The notes beneath the pieces are model-generated. The model searched no databases and had not been told where the DNA came from. It saw only the letters and a program-made list of their open reading frames with translations. Source: Amoebidium appalachense (Eukaryota > Protista > Ichthyosporea). From it: 64,000 nt of DNA. Positions 12,909 to 26,942 of the stretch are shown piece after piece; the stretch's first letter is position 1; each line of letters opens with the position of its first letter. Location: assembly GCA_963693365.1 (NCBI GenBank), contig CAVNZM010000001.1:3922907-3986906 (forward strand). The letters run 5' to 3'. Position numbers and translations under genes: made by a program.

Positions 12909-13117
12909 GGTCCAAATAAAATGAAGGAGCATTGATATAGAGAAAGTGTTGGCAAGGAAGGAAGCTTGGGAGGGGGGAGAAAAGTTGATTCTGTATGGTC
13001 TTTGTGATGACAGTGGTGTACAACATAACTCACGGGAAAGGGCAGATTGGGGTAATGTTTGTGGGCTAGAGGAACAGGGAGGGAGGGAGGGAGGGAGGGA
13101 GGGAGGGAGGGAGGGAG

Positions 13118-13174
<57 letters not shown>

Positions 13175-14425
13175 GGGAGGTACATACCAGGCACTCAGTG
13201 AAGGTGTTCTTGTCGAAGAAGCCAGCCTCCCAGCGTGTGGGGTCCTCAGGGTGTGGGCGGCCAGCAAGCATGTGGCGCACATCGTAGGGCTGCTTGGTCG
13301 GGTAGAACTCCACAGGGCGCTCAACGGGGTCGATGGCCCGCAGGACGGGCAGGGGGGCATTGCGCCTCTTGGGCACGTAGGCCAGCCAGTTGACGATGGA
13401 CTGCACGCCAGCATAGTCGTCAGGCACCGTGATGTGGGACACACCGTTGTGGTACATGATCTGCGTGCCGCCCAGCTGCTGGTTGGACGAGTAGACACGT
13501 GAGCCCAGCACCTTGTTGAGCGCACCTGCACCGGTCAGGATGATGCTGGAACCTTCCACCTGGATGGTGCGCTGGCCCAGACGCACGAGGTAGGCACCAA
13601 TGCCCACAGACCGGCACGACACAAGCGTGATCGTCACCGTCTCCTGGTACGCCTGTGTGTGTGTTGGGGGGAGGGGGTTAGCATGAGTTACGGAGTACGA
13701 ACGACACATTCAGGGGGGGGGGGGGGGGGGGGGGGGGGGGGAGGGGAGGGGAGGCATGTTGAGTGGTGCAAAAGGCTGGGCGATGTGTGTGTGTGTGTGT
13801 GTGTGTGAGGAGAGAAGGAAGCAGAACATGCGATGCATGCAAAAAACGTACGTGCCTATTGTCGAAGCGGAGGAAATAAGCCAGCCAGAGATTGTTTCAA
13901 CGATTTCTCCACAAGGCAAAGCATAACACACACCTGAGAAGTCTCGCCGGCAATCATGCCGGAGCCGTGCAGATTCTCCACACCCAGGCCGTCATCCTTG
14001 CCCACAATGTCGATGATCTTGTACCGCACCTCGCCCTCATCCTCGATGCGCTCACAGTGCACACTCTTGCTGGCATCCAACCGCTGGTAGTCGGCCTCGG
14101 TCAGGTACAGATACTTGAACCCACGTGTCGGGTTGTCTGGAACGTTCCAGCTCACGCAGAACGCTTCCATGACCTCCTTGGCCAATCCGATGCGAGCACC
14201 ACTGTTGCATGAGATGTAGATGCGAGGAATGCCCTCCTTTCTCGCGATTTCGGAGGCCTTCTTGAAAACGACGTCTTCACGCACACCAAAGGAACCAATC
14301 ACGTGAGTGATGTCGTTGCAGATGAGCATCATGTCACGGCCCTCGGGGCACTCGGGGGTCACCATGTGCAGGCGGAAGGCAACCATGCCGATGTTGTACC
14401 TGTGTGTGCGCGGGTGTGTGTGTGT

Positions 14426-14488
<63 letters not shown>

Positions 14489-14989
14489 GGGGGGGGGAGG
14501 GGGGGGTTGAGTGTGTGTTCAGGGGAAGAGGAGAGAGGGAGAGTGACAATGTAAACAAGAGAGAGAGAAGGAGAAAGGGTGTGTGTGTACATGTGTGTAC
14601 GTGTGCCCGCGTGCATGTGCGTGCTTGTGTGGATGAGAGGGGGAGGGGGAAGGGGAAAGGATAGCTTCGGCTGTGCACAGGTAACCGGCTGGTAAAGGGA
14701 ACAGCAGGTAGGCCCATCAGGTAAAGGAAACACAAGGAAAGACCATTGAGGAAAATACAGCGAGGTAAACGGGAGGGGGTGCATAGCACGTACTTCTCCG
14801 GGGCCTGGGGGACGGGGACCAGGTTGTCGTTCTCATCGAGCACATAGTCGGTGATGGTGCAGTAGCTGCTGGGGATGTCCTGCTTGGATACAAGCCCACT
14901 GCAGGGGGGGGATGGTCAGTATATGTAATGCTCACACACAATAGGTGTATACAACACACGCAGTGCCCATTCACCCACCGGGAGGGGTG

Positions 14990-15024
<35 letters not shown>

Positions 15025-15216
15025 GGACATCTTGCAAAATGTATATGCAAGTTGTGTCATTGACTACCAACGGCCTTCGGGGGGTAGAAGGTGTGAGCGA
15101 GTGTGCGAGTGTGTGTATGGTGATTGTGGTGGTAACGACAGAGCGAAGACCAGGGGCTGTGGGGATGGCGTTGGAGCCGGGCGAGTGTGTGTGTGTGTGG
15201 GGGAAGGGGGGGGGAA

Positions 15217-15253
<37 letters not shown>

Positions 15254-15899
15254 CTTAAACTACCTCTGGCGGGCGTCCTGCCAGCGCTGGCGCACAGCCT
15301 GGCGGAACAGCTCGGGGAAGTCCCTGACGTAGGTCGTGCCGTTGGACTGAGCCGTGTATCTCTTGAGCTGCAGGTGCGTCTTCGTGGGGTACGGGTGGCT
15401 CACATCCAGGCCCTCGTACGGGCCCTTCTGCCCAACGGGGTACACGGTACGGAACACAGCACGGTTCTCCTCTGGCAGGTACTCCTCACGGTAGCAGAAG
15501 AACTGGAGGGAGAAACCGGAGTCGTTGTTGACGCACACACGCATGGCAATTTCATCGTCCGAGCCAACGAAACGGCACACGAGCTTAATCTCTGCTTGGA
15601 GGACACGGTTGCGCCAGAGACGTTTGCCGTGGCGCATGACGAGTTTCTGTGGGGGTGGAAGTAGGTGTGGGCAAGTATTCTTATCGGTTGGGCTACAAGA
15701 TAGGTTTAGGTGTTCCAGGGTTTGAACTTGCTATTGCACAATAGAGCAACACTAGGGCTACCATGATGCGTGTGTGGTTCGCAATGCGGAGAGGGTTGAG
15801 AGATAGAAAGAAAGAAAACAGATTCTGTGCAGGAATACATGTGGAGAACAGATTCTGAGCAGGAATACATGTGGAGGGGACCTTTCGGCAAGCGCCCAA

Positions 15900-15959
<60 letters not shown>

Positions 15960-17229
15960 GGGGATACATACGCTCATGGCATCTAGCACGGGCCCAATCT
16001 CCAGGGTGACGGTTGAGACGAAGTGCAGGAAGATGACGTTGTTGTCTGTGCCGGCATAGCGGGGGTCCTCGTTGACCACCTCCAGTTCGTTCAGCGCCTC
16101 AATCACCTGCCTCTCACCCTCAGAGAGGAAATACTCGAGCGACGCCTGAGTGCAGATCAGATCGCGATGGCGGATAATCGTGCGCACGAAGAAGCGGCGG
16201 TCCTGTGCAACGTTGGGCTTTGTCGTTTCCTTTGCCTGAGCAAAATACATGTGGATGTTCTGGTTGCCCGTCTCGATGTACTTGAGGTTGTAGTTCTCCA
16301 TGCGGTACAGCTCGAGCTGGAAAGCAAGGGCGGGCTCAAGATGGCGGTAGATGGTGTCTTCCTCGTACTGAAGACGGTCGCGGAAGGTGAAGAACTTGGG
16401 GAAGGCCTCCTTCTGCACAATCAGGAAGGTCACGCGGCGGATATCCCTCTCAGCAAGCTGTGCGCGCTTCGCAAGCACCACGCTGGCCATGATGCCCTTC
16501 ATCTGGTCGTCCGTCAGGTCCTGGCCCTTGACCACGTCCGTCAGGGCCACGTTGAGGATGTTGACTGGCTCGTGCCTGCCCTCCATCTGCTCCTGGCGCT
16601 TGACAGCATCCCGGTCCAGGTAGGGGAACCGTTCTAGAAGCTCCTGGAAGTGCGCCTGGAATTCGGAGAGTGCATCGAACACTGGGGGGCAAAAAAGAGG
16701 GGATTAGCCAATGTAATTGTATGGAAAATGTCTGATCTGGTTGATGGTGGTCACGCCCGCAAGGGTGCGCCGGGGGGGGGGGGGGGGGGGGGGGGGGGGA
16801 AGCACACCAGGCGAAGAAAAAATTGGCGGAGTAGAGGGAGAAAGGGAGAGAGGGAAGGGGGGTTATTTCCAAAAAAGCAACAAACAGCAAGGGAAAAGCA
16901 CACCAAGAATACAGCATGGCAAATCACATAGCAAAGAACACAGTAGAAAAAGACAAAACCAGCACGTACCGGCCATGACGCCGACCCTGGCAAAGTTCTG
17001 GTTCCGGTAGAGCTGGTCCAGCTGGTCGACCTGGTCGCTGACACTGGGCACCCGCTTGAGGCTGTTGCTGCTGCCCTTGCTGGGCAGTGACCCACTGCTG
17101 CTGGCTGCAGCGGCAGCCGCATTGACAAGGTTGGTGATGGCCGGATCATGGCTTTGGAAGTTGAGGTACTGGGGGGAGACGATGGCGGGTTAGAAACGTC
17201 CACGGAATGCAATGCAAATGTGTGTGTGT

Positions 17230-17268
<39 letters not shown>

Positions 17269-18294
17269 CAGAGCATGAGCTACAAGCAGGAAAGCCCAGC
17301 ACAAAGGAAGAGAGGCCGGGGGGGGAGGGGGGAGATGGGGGCTTTTACGCATACCTTGCCGTAGCCAGCAAACAGGCCCTTGATGGAGGGGTGAGTTTGG
17401 GGCAGCAGGAAGCGCCACTCAACCACGCGGTAGTCGGGGCAGTTCTGGTCGTGGGCAATGTTCTGGATGGCATAGGCACGGTATGCACGGCGCACATACA
17501 CCTCAAGGGCTGCCTGCTGGATCTGAAGGTTCTTGTGGTTGAAGAAGGCAGTCAGCACATCAAACACCGCACCGTTTTCATCCACCAAGTCCTGAAGGTT
17601 GTTGGCACTGGATGACCCGAGATTCTCAACGGCGGATTGGATGAAAATCTCCATGTCGAGGCACCGGCGCTTGAAACTTGGCATCACGCTAGCAATGAGC
17701 ATCTGGCGGGCCTTCACAGACACAGCACTGTTTTCCTTGGCGGTGAGAGAAGAGAGACGTTGGAGGAGGTTCTTGTCGTCAGCAAGCGCCTGGGCGGCGT
17801 CCCTCCCGCAGAGGGCGGTGAGCAGGCGGGCACAGAGCTTGTTCTTGTAGACAATGTGGGCGTGTGAGCGCACGATACCAACAAGACGGGGCACATCCTC
17901 CGTCTTGCTCTTCTCTCTGTGTGCGGTGGGTGCATGGGTGGGTGAAAAGGGGTGGGAGGGAGGGGGGAGGGGACAGGGAAGGAGGTTTCGGTAAGTTAGA
18001 AGGGGCCCACCGTATAGAGTACCTACCGAAAACGGATCAAGTAATACATATCAATGGGTTGGGAGGGGGGAGGAGGGGGGGGGGGGGGGGGGGGGGGGAG
18101 GTGGTGAAGGGGGACAGGACAAGGAGGGCTCTGGGAAGAAGGAATAAACGAGGGAACAGGATTGGCCATGCCAGGTGTGTGGCAAATGGAAGAGGAGGGG
18201 GGAGGGGGTGGGGGTGGGGGAATGCAGCTGACAACACCAAGCACAGATATGATGTGCAGGGACGAAGCGGGAGGCGGGGACGGGGACGGGGGAA

Positions 18295-18331
<37 letters not shown>

Positions 18332-18792
18332 GGGGGGGGGGGGGGAGGGGGGGACTAGTACCTGAGGGAGTAGAGGATATCCTCGAAATTGTTGTTGAGG
18401 CCCTCGTTGTTGTTGAACAGAGTCTCCACATCAAGATAGGCTTGCAGCAGCGACCCAAGCACAAGCTTCTGGTGCCCACGGATACCGTTGCGGTACCGCC
18501 CAATGATCTGCATGGAAAATCATGCGTCAGTACAGCCTTATGAGAAGGATAAAAAAGAGAGAAATGGGGGACGTGGGATGATGGAGGCAAGGAGTGGGGG
18601 AGGGCTCAAAACGATGACTGGGTTAGCTGGAAGCGACGGGGGGCGAGGGGAGGGGGAGGAGGATGTTGCCCTAATATGGCAGGGTGGGCCTCAGAGCCGG
18701 GGGGGGGGGGGGGGGAAGGTTAAGCCAAAATGGAAACGTGTATGCGAGGGACAGTTTGGAAGCGGGAGGGGGCGGGGGATGTGTGTGTGTGT

Positions 18793-18833
<41 letters not shown>

Positions 18834-19318
18834 TGAGAGGGTAAGATAACATACGTTAGAGATGGGCTTGACGGTGGTGAAGAAAGCATCCTGGTCGGCC
18901 TTCTTGGCCAGGGAGGCAGCGTGCTTGTCCAAAGCATGGGCTATGGCCTGGGTGGGGAATGTGCAGAACATGGAGTTGACACTGTAGGCGTACGAGGTAA
19001 GGAGGGCATTGATCTCGGCCTCAACGGTGGCGGGGATGCGCCCAGACAGGGCCGACAGAGCATCTTGCATCTCCAGGAGGGGCAGGCGGGCATCGTTGAG
19101 CGTCTTCATCAGCGTCTCAACGAGCTCTGTGGAAGGGGGGGGGGGGGGGGGGTGGGGTCAGCGTGTGTCCACTTGGGTAACGAGTTAAGGGGAAACTAGA
19201 GAGTTAGGGAAAGATCTGGACGAGGGAAGGGGCGAAAGGTGCGGTGGATATGAGGCTAGAGGGGGGGGGGAAGATCTGGACGAGGGAAGGGGGGAAAGGT
19301 GCGGTGGATATGAGGCTA

Positions 19319-19349
<31 letters not shown>

Positions 19350-21997
19350 GCTGGGGGGGGAGGGAGAGGTAATGAGGGATGTCGGGGGGAGTTAGGGGAG
19401 AGGTGACGAGGGAGGAGGGGGGAGGAAAGAGATGGGGGTGAGCAAGCACACATACCCTCCATGCGTGCGGTGAAGAGGGGCTCAAGGCAGATGTATCCGG
19501 CCATGATGTTGGCCAGGGCATCCTTGCTGACCGTGAACAGCTGGTGCGCCTTGCCCAGCGCAAGGTGGTTCTTGAAGTCGGGCAGGGGCTGCTTGTAGGG
19601 CTCAGCAAGCTTGACTGGAGAGGGGGGGGGGGGGGGGGGGGGTTAGTGGTTGATGTAGGGGTTCGCAGGGCATGTGGGTGGTGTGTGTGTGTGTGTGTGT
19701 GTGTGTGGGGGGGGGGGGTTTTGAATGCGTCAAAAAGTACGAAGTACACAAGAACAAACGGATAACACGATGCAGAATGCAAGCCATACATAAAGAGTAT
19801 GCATAATAAGCAGAGCCCATCCTCAGGGGGGGCCCACGTCATCCACAGTACCCGAGTTTCGACCTATTCCCCTCGTTAACGAAACCCAACTCAGATACTG
19901 TTTCACGGGGGGGGGGGGGTACATGGTGTCTGTGGGTGTGTTGGTGGGTAGGTGAGTGGGTGGGATGATGGGTAACCAATTTGATGCAGATGTGTGGGTG
20001 TCCAGGCAAATCGTCATGCTTTATGCAGGTATGTTGAGATGTGTGTGCAGGTGCAAATGTGTCGATGTAATATCTAATTGAGTGTATGGGTGAGTGTGTA
20101 GATGGAGGAGGAGCTGGATAGACGTACAAACATGACGTGCAATGGGAGATGTGGAGTGGTGTGGGGTGACACGAAAAGGGGGGGGGGGGGGGGGGAGGGG
20201 GGGGAGGGGAAGGGGGGAGGGGGGGAGGGAGGCAAGCGCCCAAAGGCAAAAGATGGACAGTTGTGTATCTGTCTGAATGCATGTGTGTACACACGTGTGT
20301 GTGTGTGTGTGTGTACACGCACACAACGCGCATGTTCTGAAATGGCAGAGGGGGAGCAAGGCATTTTCCATGCGTACCCTTTGAGAGGTCATCGAGTGTC
20401 AGGTGAGCCACAATGTGGCCAGCCTCCATGACGGCCCCAGCCTGCAGTGCCTGCCTGATCTTGCCTGCATGGGTGGCCACCAGGGGCATGATCATCTTCA
20501 TCACCTCGATCTCCGCAAACGGTTGGTCCGCATCCACATGGTCCCCATCATCAACCAAATACCGAACGAGCTTTCCAGGGGAGGTGGCACGGATGATAGT
20601 GGGGTCGTTTTCCTTCTGGAAAAGCATCGTCTTCCCGTCGATTGTGATGCGGTAGCGGTCGACCTCCTCCTTCATGTACACCACGTGCGATGTGTTGTCA
20701 AACATGATGAGAGACCCGCCATCGTTCAGTTTCTGCAGGTCGACATAGACGTATGAGCCGTTCATCTCGACGATGAAGGACTGGGGCCCTGTCTGGGAGA
20801 CCTGCAGGGTGAACTTCTGGTAGTCGTAGACCAGCTCTTGCTGGATCGTGGTCGTGAGGAGCTCCTTGCCAAGGATTTGCCCCCGCTCAAGCGCCCTGGG
20901 TCGATTGGTGCTTGGTCAGCTGACTTGGACGTAAACGCATGCATCAGTGTTTGCGGAGGAGATAGTGGAGGGTGGGTTTGTCAGGTGCGGGCACAGGGCC
21001 GGGGGGGGGGGGGGGAGGGGGGATGGGGGGGGGGGAGCTCGAGCTGAAGAGGTGGAGGGAGGTGGAGCAAGGAGCAGGGGCATGCCAGGGGGTGGGGTGG
21101 GGGTGGGGGGGGGGGGGGGGGGGGGGGGGGGGTGAGGGGGATCATTTCAAGAACGCACTTTGTGTATACGGCGTAGTTCTCTTCCAGGCGGGTCATTGCA
21201 ATGTGTGCGCCGGCAGCCACCACAGACATCATCTTGTCGGGCTTATCGCTCTGCATCTTGAGCTGGATCAGCCGGTCCAGCCAGGCCGTGCTGATCTGGT
21301 TTGCCTTGAAGTCCTCCGTCTCCATCAGCTTGATCAGGTACTCCACAGTAGTGCGGAAGTCACCCCGGATAGACACCTCACGCAGCGCCATAGCCATGTT
21401 CCGCCGTGCGTACTCTCTGTCCTCACCCCATGCAAAGATGTGGCCGAACTGCGAGTCTGCAAACTCGTGCAGGCCACCCGACGCACCGACACTGAAGTAG
21501 CCCCAGACGTTTGTGCTGCTGCGGAAGTTGAGCTCCGTCATGTTGCCGCTGGTCGGTTTGAACCCTGGGAACACAAGAGTTAGAAACTCAAGAAACATGA
21601 AAAACGAAGTCTGAATGGCTTGCAGGAAGCCCCCCCCCCCCCTCCCCCCCTAACACACGCACACACCCAGCCGCCCCTCGTCTTTCAGCAACCCCACACT
21701 CTACTAGTGGCCCCCCACCGGCACACATTCTGAGACGTCTTATCCCACACTCGTTTCGTCGTTGCACCCCGCCGCCAGTCCTGCTCCTTCCTAGTTTCCC
21801 CCCCCCCTCCCCCTTCCCCCCCTCCCCCCCCCCTCCCCCCTCCCCCCCCCCCCCCCCCCCCACCCAAAAAAAAAAATCTGGACAAATGCTAGGCCCATTC
21901 TCCTCCCCCTTCCATCATAATGAACATTTCCAAAATCACGCAATTCCACACCCACCTCTCCCCCACCTCCCCACCCCCCTTCTACCCCCACCCCCCC

Positions 21998-22045
<48 letters not shown>

Positions 22046-22552
22046 ACACACACTGCCCCACTCGTTCCCCTTTGTCCTCCGCACCCTTCCCTCCACTTAC
22101 CCTCATCGGGGTTTTCAGCGGTGATACGAGAGGCAATGACGTGACCATTAGGTCTGCGGCGCTTAGACAGATCACTGAAGTCGATGGGGGACGAGCCGTA
22201 GGGGTCCTCTCCGTAGAGCAGACGCACATCCTTGATGCGGTGCAGGGGGATACCCATGCCCACCTGGCGCACGTGCAGGAATATATTAAGTGATATGTCT
22301 TCTCTGACTGTTCTCTATTTCTGTCTGCCCCTCACTCTCTTACGTGTGTGCGAGTGTGTGTGCATGCGTGTATGTGAGTGTGTGCATGTGCATGTGTGTG
22401 TGTGTTTTGTGTGTGTGTGTGTGTGTGTGTGCATGTGTGTGCATGTGTCACCTACCTACTCATCTACTTGATATAACAACAAAAAAGAGAAGTCCACTTA
22501 GCCCCCTCCCCATCCCTCCATCCCACCTCCTCCCCTTTTCCAACCGCATAAT

Positions 22553-22593
<41 letters not shown>

Positions 22594-22615
22594 GACACAC
22601 ACACATACAGACACA

Positions 22616-22652
<37 letters not shown>

Positions 22653-22845
22653 GCAGCTGCGCCGCCGGCAGGTTGACATCCGTGATCATCTCTGTGCACG
22701 GATGCTCGACCTGCAGACGGGGGTTGAGCTCGAGGAAGTAGAAGGTGGGGGGGTTGCCGTTCTCCCCGTCCTGGTACAGATACTCCACAGTGCCGGCACT
22801 CACGTAGCCCACCATCTGGGCAAGACGCACAGCTGCACGCTCCTG

Positions 22846-22885
<40 letters not shown>

Positions 22886-23925
22886 GTGCGTGTGTGTGTG
22901 CGTATGTGTGTGTGTGTGTGTGTGCGTGTGTGTGCGTGTGTGAAGATGTGTGTGCACGTGGTTCGGGTTGGGGAAGGGCGGAGCGTGGATGGAGGAGGGA
23001 GGGTGTTAGCATGGCAAGAAATGTAGCATGCAAAAGCAGGCATAGCACTCGGCAGGTGTGTTTGCAGATCTCATCAAAACCACAAAAGCGCTTACGAAGG
23101 TAAAATGTGGAATAAGAACACCCTCCTGGGGGGGGGGGGGGGGGATCATCGGTATGGAGGGAGAAGGGAGTATACCATCTCCATGAAGGTCTCGACGGGG
23201 GCAACCTTTGCCGGTGCCTCCTCGATAATCTTCTGGTGACGACGCTGGACTGCATGGGGTAGGTGCGTGAGCATGGGATGGGCGGTTGGTGGCAAAAGGG
23301 GGGGGGGGGGGGGGGGGATGAGGATGGATTTGTGTTGTGTGGTTGTAGGCAACAAACTGGTGTGTGCTTATGAAGGAAAGCACACATGTCAGTATGTCTG
23401 TACGTGTTGATACCATAGGGAGAGGGGTGGGTGGGCGGGGTTAGTAGTTTTGGTTGTGGTGGTGGTGCGTGTGCGTGTGTTGGGGAGGGGGGAGGGGGGG
23501 GAGCTTTTGGGGTGGGAGCCTTTCGTGTAGAAGCTGTGTAGACGTGTGTGCAAACGTGTGTGTGGGTAGTGGTGATGGTGGGGAGGAGGGCTTTCGTGCA
23601 GAGGCTTTGTACAGATGTGCAAGAGTAAACGGGGGTGGGGGTGGGGGGGGTGGAGGGGGGGGCACGTATTTGGCATAAAAGTGTGCGGTTGAGTGCATGT
23701 GGTGGTGTTGCCTAGGAAAGAGCTGGAGGGGGGAGGGGGGGGGGGGGGGGGAGGGTTATAAATGTGAGGTAAAAGGGCACAGAAACAAGCACAAAAGGCA
23801 TCCATAAGACAACCTAGTACACAACTCCCAACCTCCCCACCCCCACCCCTACCCCGTCCCTACCCTCCCTAAAAGCACAGAAACACGTAACCACAATCCA
23901 CACACAACATCCACCCTATACCCAG

Positions 23926-23977
<52 letters not shown>

Positions 23978-25993
23978 CCACACCCGCACCCGCACCCGCA
24001 CCCACACACACACCCACACACACCTGAGCAGTCACGGCCATAGAGGGGGATGGCCTGGTTGTACTCGTCAGCCAGCAGCTGCACCTCCAAGTGTCTTGAC
24101 TGCTTGGCCAGCTGCATGATGAACACGGGCGACCCCGGCACCTCGGCTGCACAGGGGAAAAAGTAAACACGTGCGCATGGGGTAGAGAAGAATGGGTGGT
24201 CTCGTGGGTAAAAGAACATAAAAGGAGCGGCCATGGTGGCAGGTATGGGGGGTGTGCAACAAGAAGGGGAAGGGAGAAGGGGGGACACGGGGGAAGGGGG
24301 GGGGGGGTCAATGGGGAAGGGGAAAAGGATGGCAGGGAGACCATTTGGGTTGTGAATTACCGACAGCAAGTGAGAGATGCTATGCAAATGTGATGAACAG
24401 ACACAAATGGGGAAGAGGGGGAATCGGGCGGGAAGGTAAGTGGGGGGGATGGGGGTGGGCAGAAACAGGGAGGAGCAGCAGACAGGGGGCGTGGGGGGTG
24501 GGAGAGGGGGGGGGAAGAGAGAGTGGGAGGGTAGACAACGGAGGGACCTACATTGGACCTGACGGAACAGATTTGCAAAATTCTCCTCGTTGTCGACCTT
24601 GCGGATACCCTTTCCTCCGCCACCCTCCGAGGCCTTGATCATAACGGGGAACCCGACCTTGCGTGCAGACTCAAGACCCTCCTCTGCCGACTGCACCGTT
24701 CCCTGTGCGTAGATCTCGGGGGGCACCTCCAGGTACATGCCTGGGGCCATGTTCTCGGGCACGGGGATGGTCACACCCATACCACTCCATGGCAGGCAGG
24801 GCACCTGCGCGGACTGGGCCACAATGGTCGAGGCAATCTTGTCTCCTGCAGAGCGCATGCATGGTTAGTGTGGTGTGTGGTGAGGTCCTTAATTTTGCCA
24901 TGGCCATGGCGGATAGACTGCCAGATGGGAGGTGTAGAAGGAGGGCAACATATGGTGCAAAAGTTGATTTTGAACTGGCGGGAAGAAAAGACTTCCCGCT
25001 AAGAAGAAGATCGGGGGTTGTACGTGCGTGCAAGGGAAGAAAGGGCGACAGGTGAGGGGGTTAGCGGAGGAGGGCATGAAAGACCGGCCAAGGAGACAGG
25101 ACGTGATATACAAGGAGAAGGTGAGAGAGTGACCGGTGAAGGGGGGGGGGGGGGGGGGGTTACCGAGAGAGTCCATAGCGCTGGCGGGGGGCCCGAGGAA
25201 TGCAATGCCCAGACGCTTGAGTGTCTCGGGCAGCTTGGGGTTCTCAGACGCATGGCCCCAGCCGGCCCACACGGCCTTAAAAAAAGTAATGTTCCTTGTT
25301 AGTCTGTATCAGCCTCTAGATGCAAACAGCAGTTGGTAAAAGAGAAAAACAAGCAACAGTGGCGAGTGGCCCTGCTGGGTGGGGAGTGGTTTGGAAAGGA
25401 GGAATAAAGGCAGGAGGGGAGGGTGGGGGAAGGGGGGTGGGAAGGAAAGAAAGGGCGGTGGAGGGGGAGGGCGAGCGCGGGGCGGTGGGGCGCTATACAT
25501 ATAAGTAGAAGCCATGCAGACCAGACATAACAAGCATATCTCTTGTTATGTACTACAGAATATAGAGTAAACATTTAGGACTGACATTCAAATGCAGGCT
25601 TTAGGGGGGGGGGGGGGGAGGGGGGGGGAGGGGGGGGGAGGGGGGCACACACAAAAGTATGTATCAAGCGAAAGGGGGGAGGGGGGGGGGGGGGGGGAAT
25701 GATGCGCAGCACACACCTGGACCTTTGTGCGCTGGGCAATGTCGACAATCAGCTCCACGTTGGCATAGTTGTTGTTGTTGGTGCCCCCCGGCACAGGCAC
25801 ATAGCTGTCGGCCATCTTGATGTACTCCGCATTGATCTGCACCCCCGCGTGTCAGTCAAATGTGTGTGTTTGGGGAAGGGGGAAGGGGGAAGGGGGAAGG
25901 GGGAAAGGGGGGGGGGGGGGGGCTCCATGCAGTTGGGGTGGTAAGAGAGGATGCTTGTAGGGAATGGGAGGGATTTCATATTCTTTGGAGGAA

Positions 25994-26024
<31 letters not shown>

Positions 26025-26130
26025 AGAATAATTTTTGAATAGTGAGGTGAGCTGAGGAGTTCGTAAGTCCAGACAAGCACGGAGGGAGCGGGGGAGGGGG
26101 AGGGGGGAGGGGGGAGAGAGGGAGAGAGAG

Positions 26131-26172
<42 letters not shown>

Positions 26173-26942
26173 AAGAGGGGGGGGAGGGGAAGGGGTGCAG
26201 GTGGGGTACCCGGGGGAGGCACAGGGGGAGGGAGAGGGTGGAGGGGGGGGGGGGGGGGATGAGAAAGTAGAGAAACAAGGTAAATAATGAATAAATAAAA
26301 GGGGGAGAAGGGGGGAAGGTAGCTCAGGCCCACCTTGAGATCCTCAGGGGTGGCCATGGCCACGAACTTGATGGCGCGCTCATTGCCAAACATCTCATAA
26401 GAGAAGCGGCGGATGGAACGAATGCACTTGACGGCACCAATGCCGTTGTTTGCAATCAGAACACTCTCGATGGGCCGAATGCCCCCGTGCCGCTGAACCC
26501 AGTCGGCCACGGGCGACTCGCCCGAGTCTGCCCAGGGAACGAGGTGTGAGAAAGGGATACAACGGGGAAAAGTGTGAGAGAGGGATTTGTGGAGGGGTGA
26601 AGTGGCCGATGAAGGTAACGGGAGAAGGGCGGGGGGGGAGGCAGCAGCGAGGTTTTAGATTAGTTTGCAGTGGGACGAAAAAGGAAGAGTGTGTTTTGAG
26701 GGGGAGGGGGGAGGGGGGGACAACCACACACTGAGAAATCTCCCATCAAGTTTCAAATATCAAGCTGAATACGAAGACCCGGGCAACTAGTGGAGGCGGG
26801 ACTTTGTGGTCAAGGGTGGAATTGTTTGACAGGTAGGGCAGGTTGTGTGTGTGGGGGGGAGGAGGGGGGCGGGGGGGGGGGGAGGAGGAGGAGGTAAAGT
26901 CTGTGTGGAAGCGGACATACCATCAACAAAGAAGTTGACCAT
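10186..26942 (-). CDS. ACC1: Multidomain eukaryotic acetyl-CoA carboxylase (BC-BCCP-central-CT), 27 coding exons
   Basis: First exon ccaccATG (26942-26921, MVNFFVD) splices to 26527 (..[20 protein letters not shown]). Motifs [38 protein letters not shown], biotinylation EVMKM (20493-20507), [21 protein letters not shown] and [12 protein letters not shown]. Last exons 11071-10970, 10567-10430 and 10212-10186 (IIDMLTKH*). All introns are GT-AG with consistent phase. One +1 frameshift at 11506-11508. Confidence 0.96.
15817..15876. repeat. 30-bp tandem duplication in an ACC intron
   Basis: aacagattctg(t/a)gcaggaatacatgtggag x2. Confidence 0.9.
19211..19330. repeat. 60-bp tandem duplication (unit ends in a G-run) in an ACC intron
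   Basis: aagatctggacgagggaagggg(c/g)gaaaggtgcggtggatatgaggctaga+G10 x2. Confidence 0.9.
19719..19906 (-). mobile_element. Short interspersed element, copy B (188 bp), flanked by C-runs on both sides of its sense strand
   Basis: Reverse complement is identical to 62488-62674 except for one extra terminal A. Plus-strand G-runs at 19707-19718 and 19907-19919. Inside an ACC intron. Confidence 0.85.
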
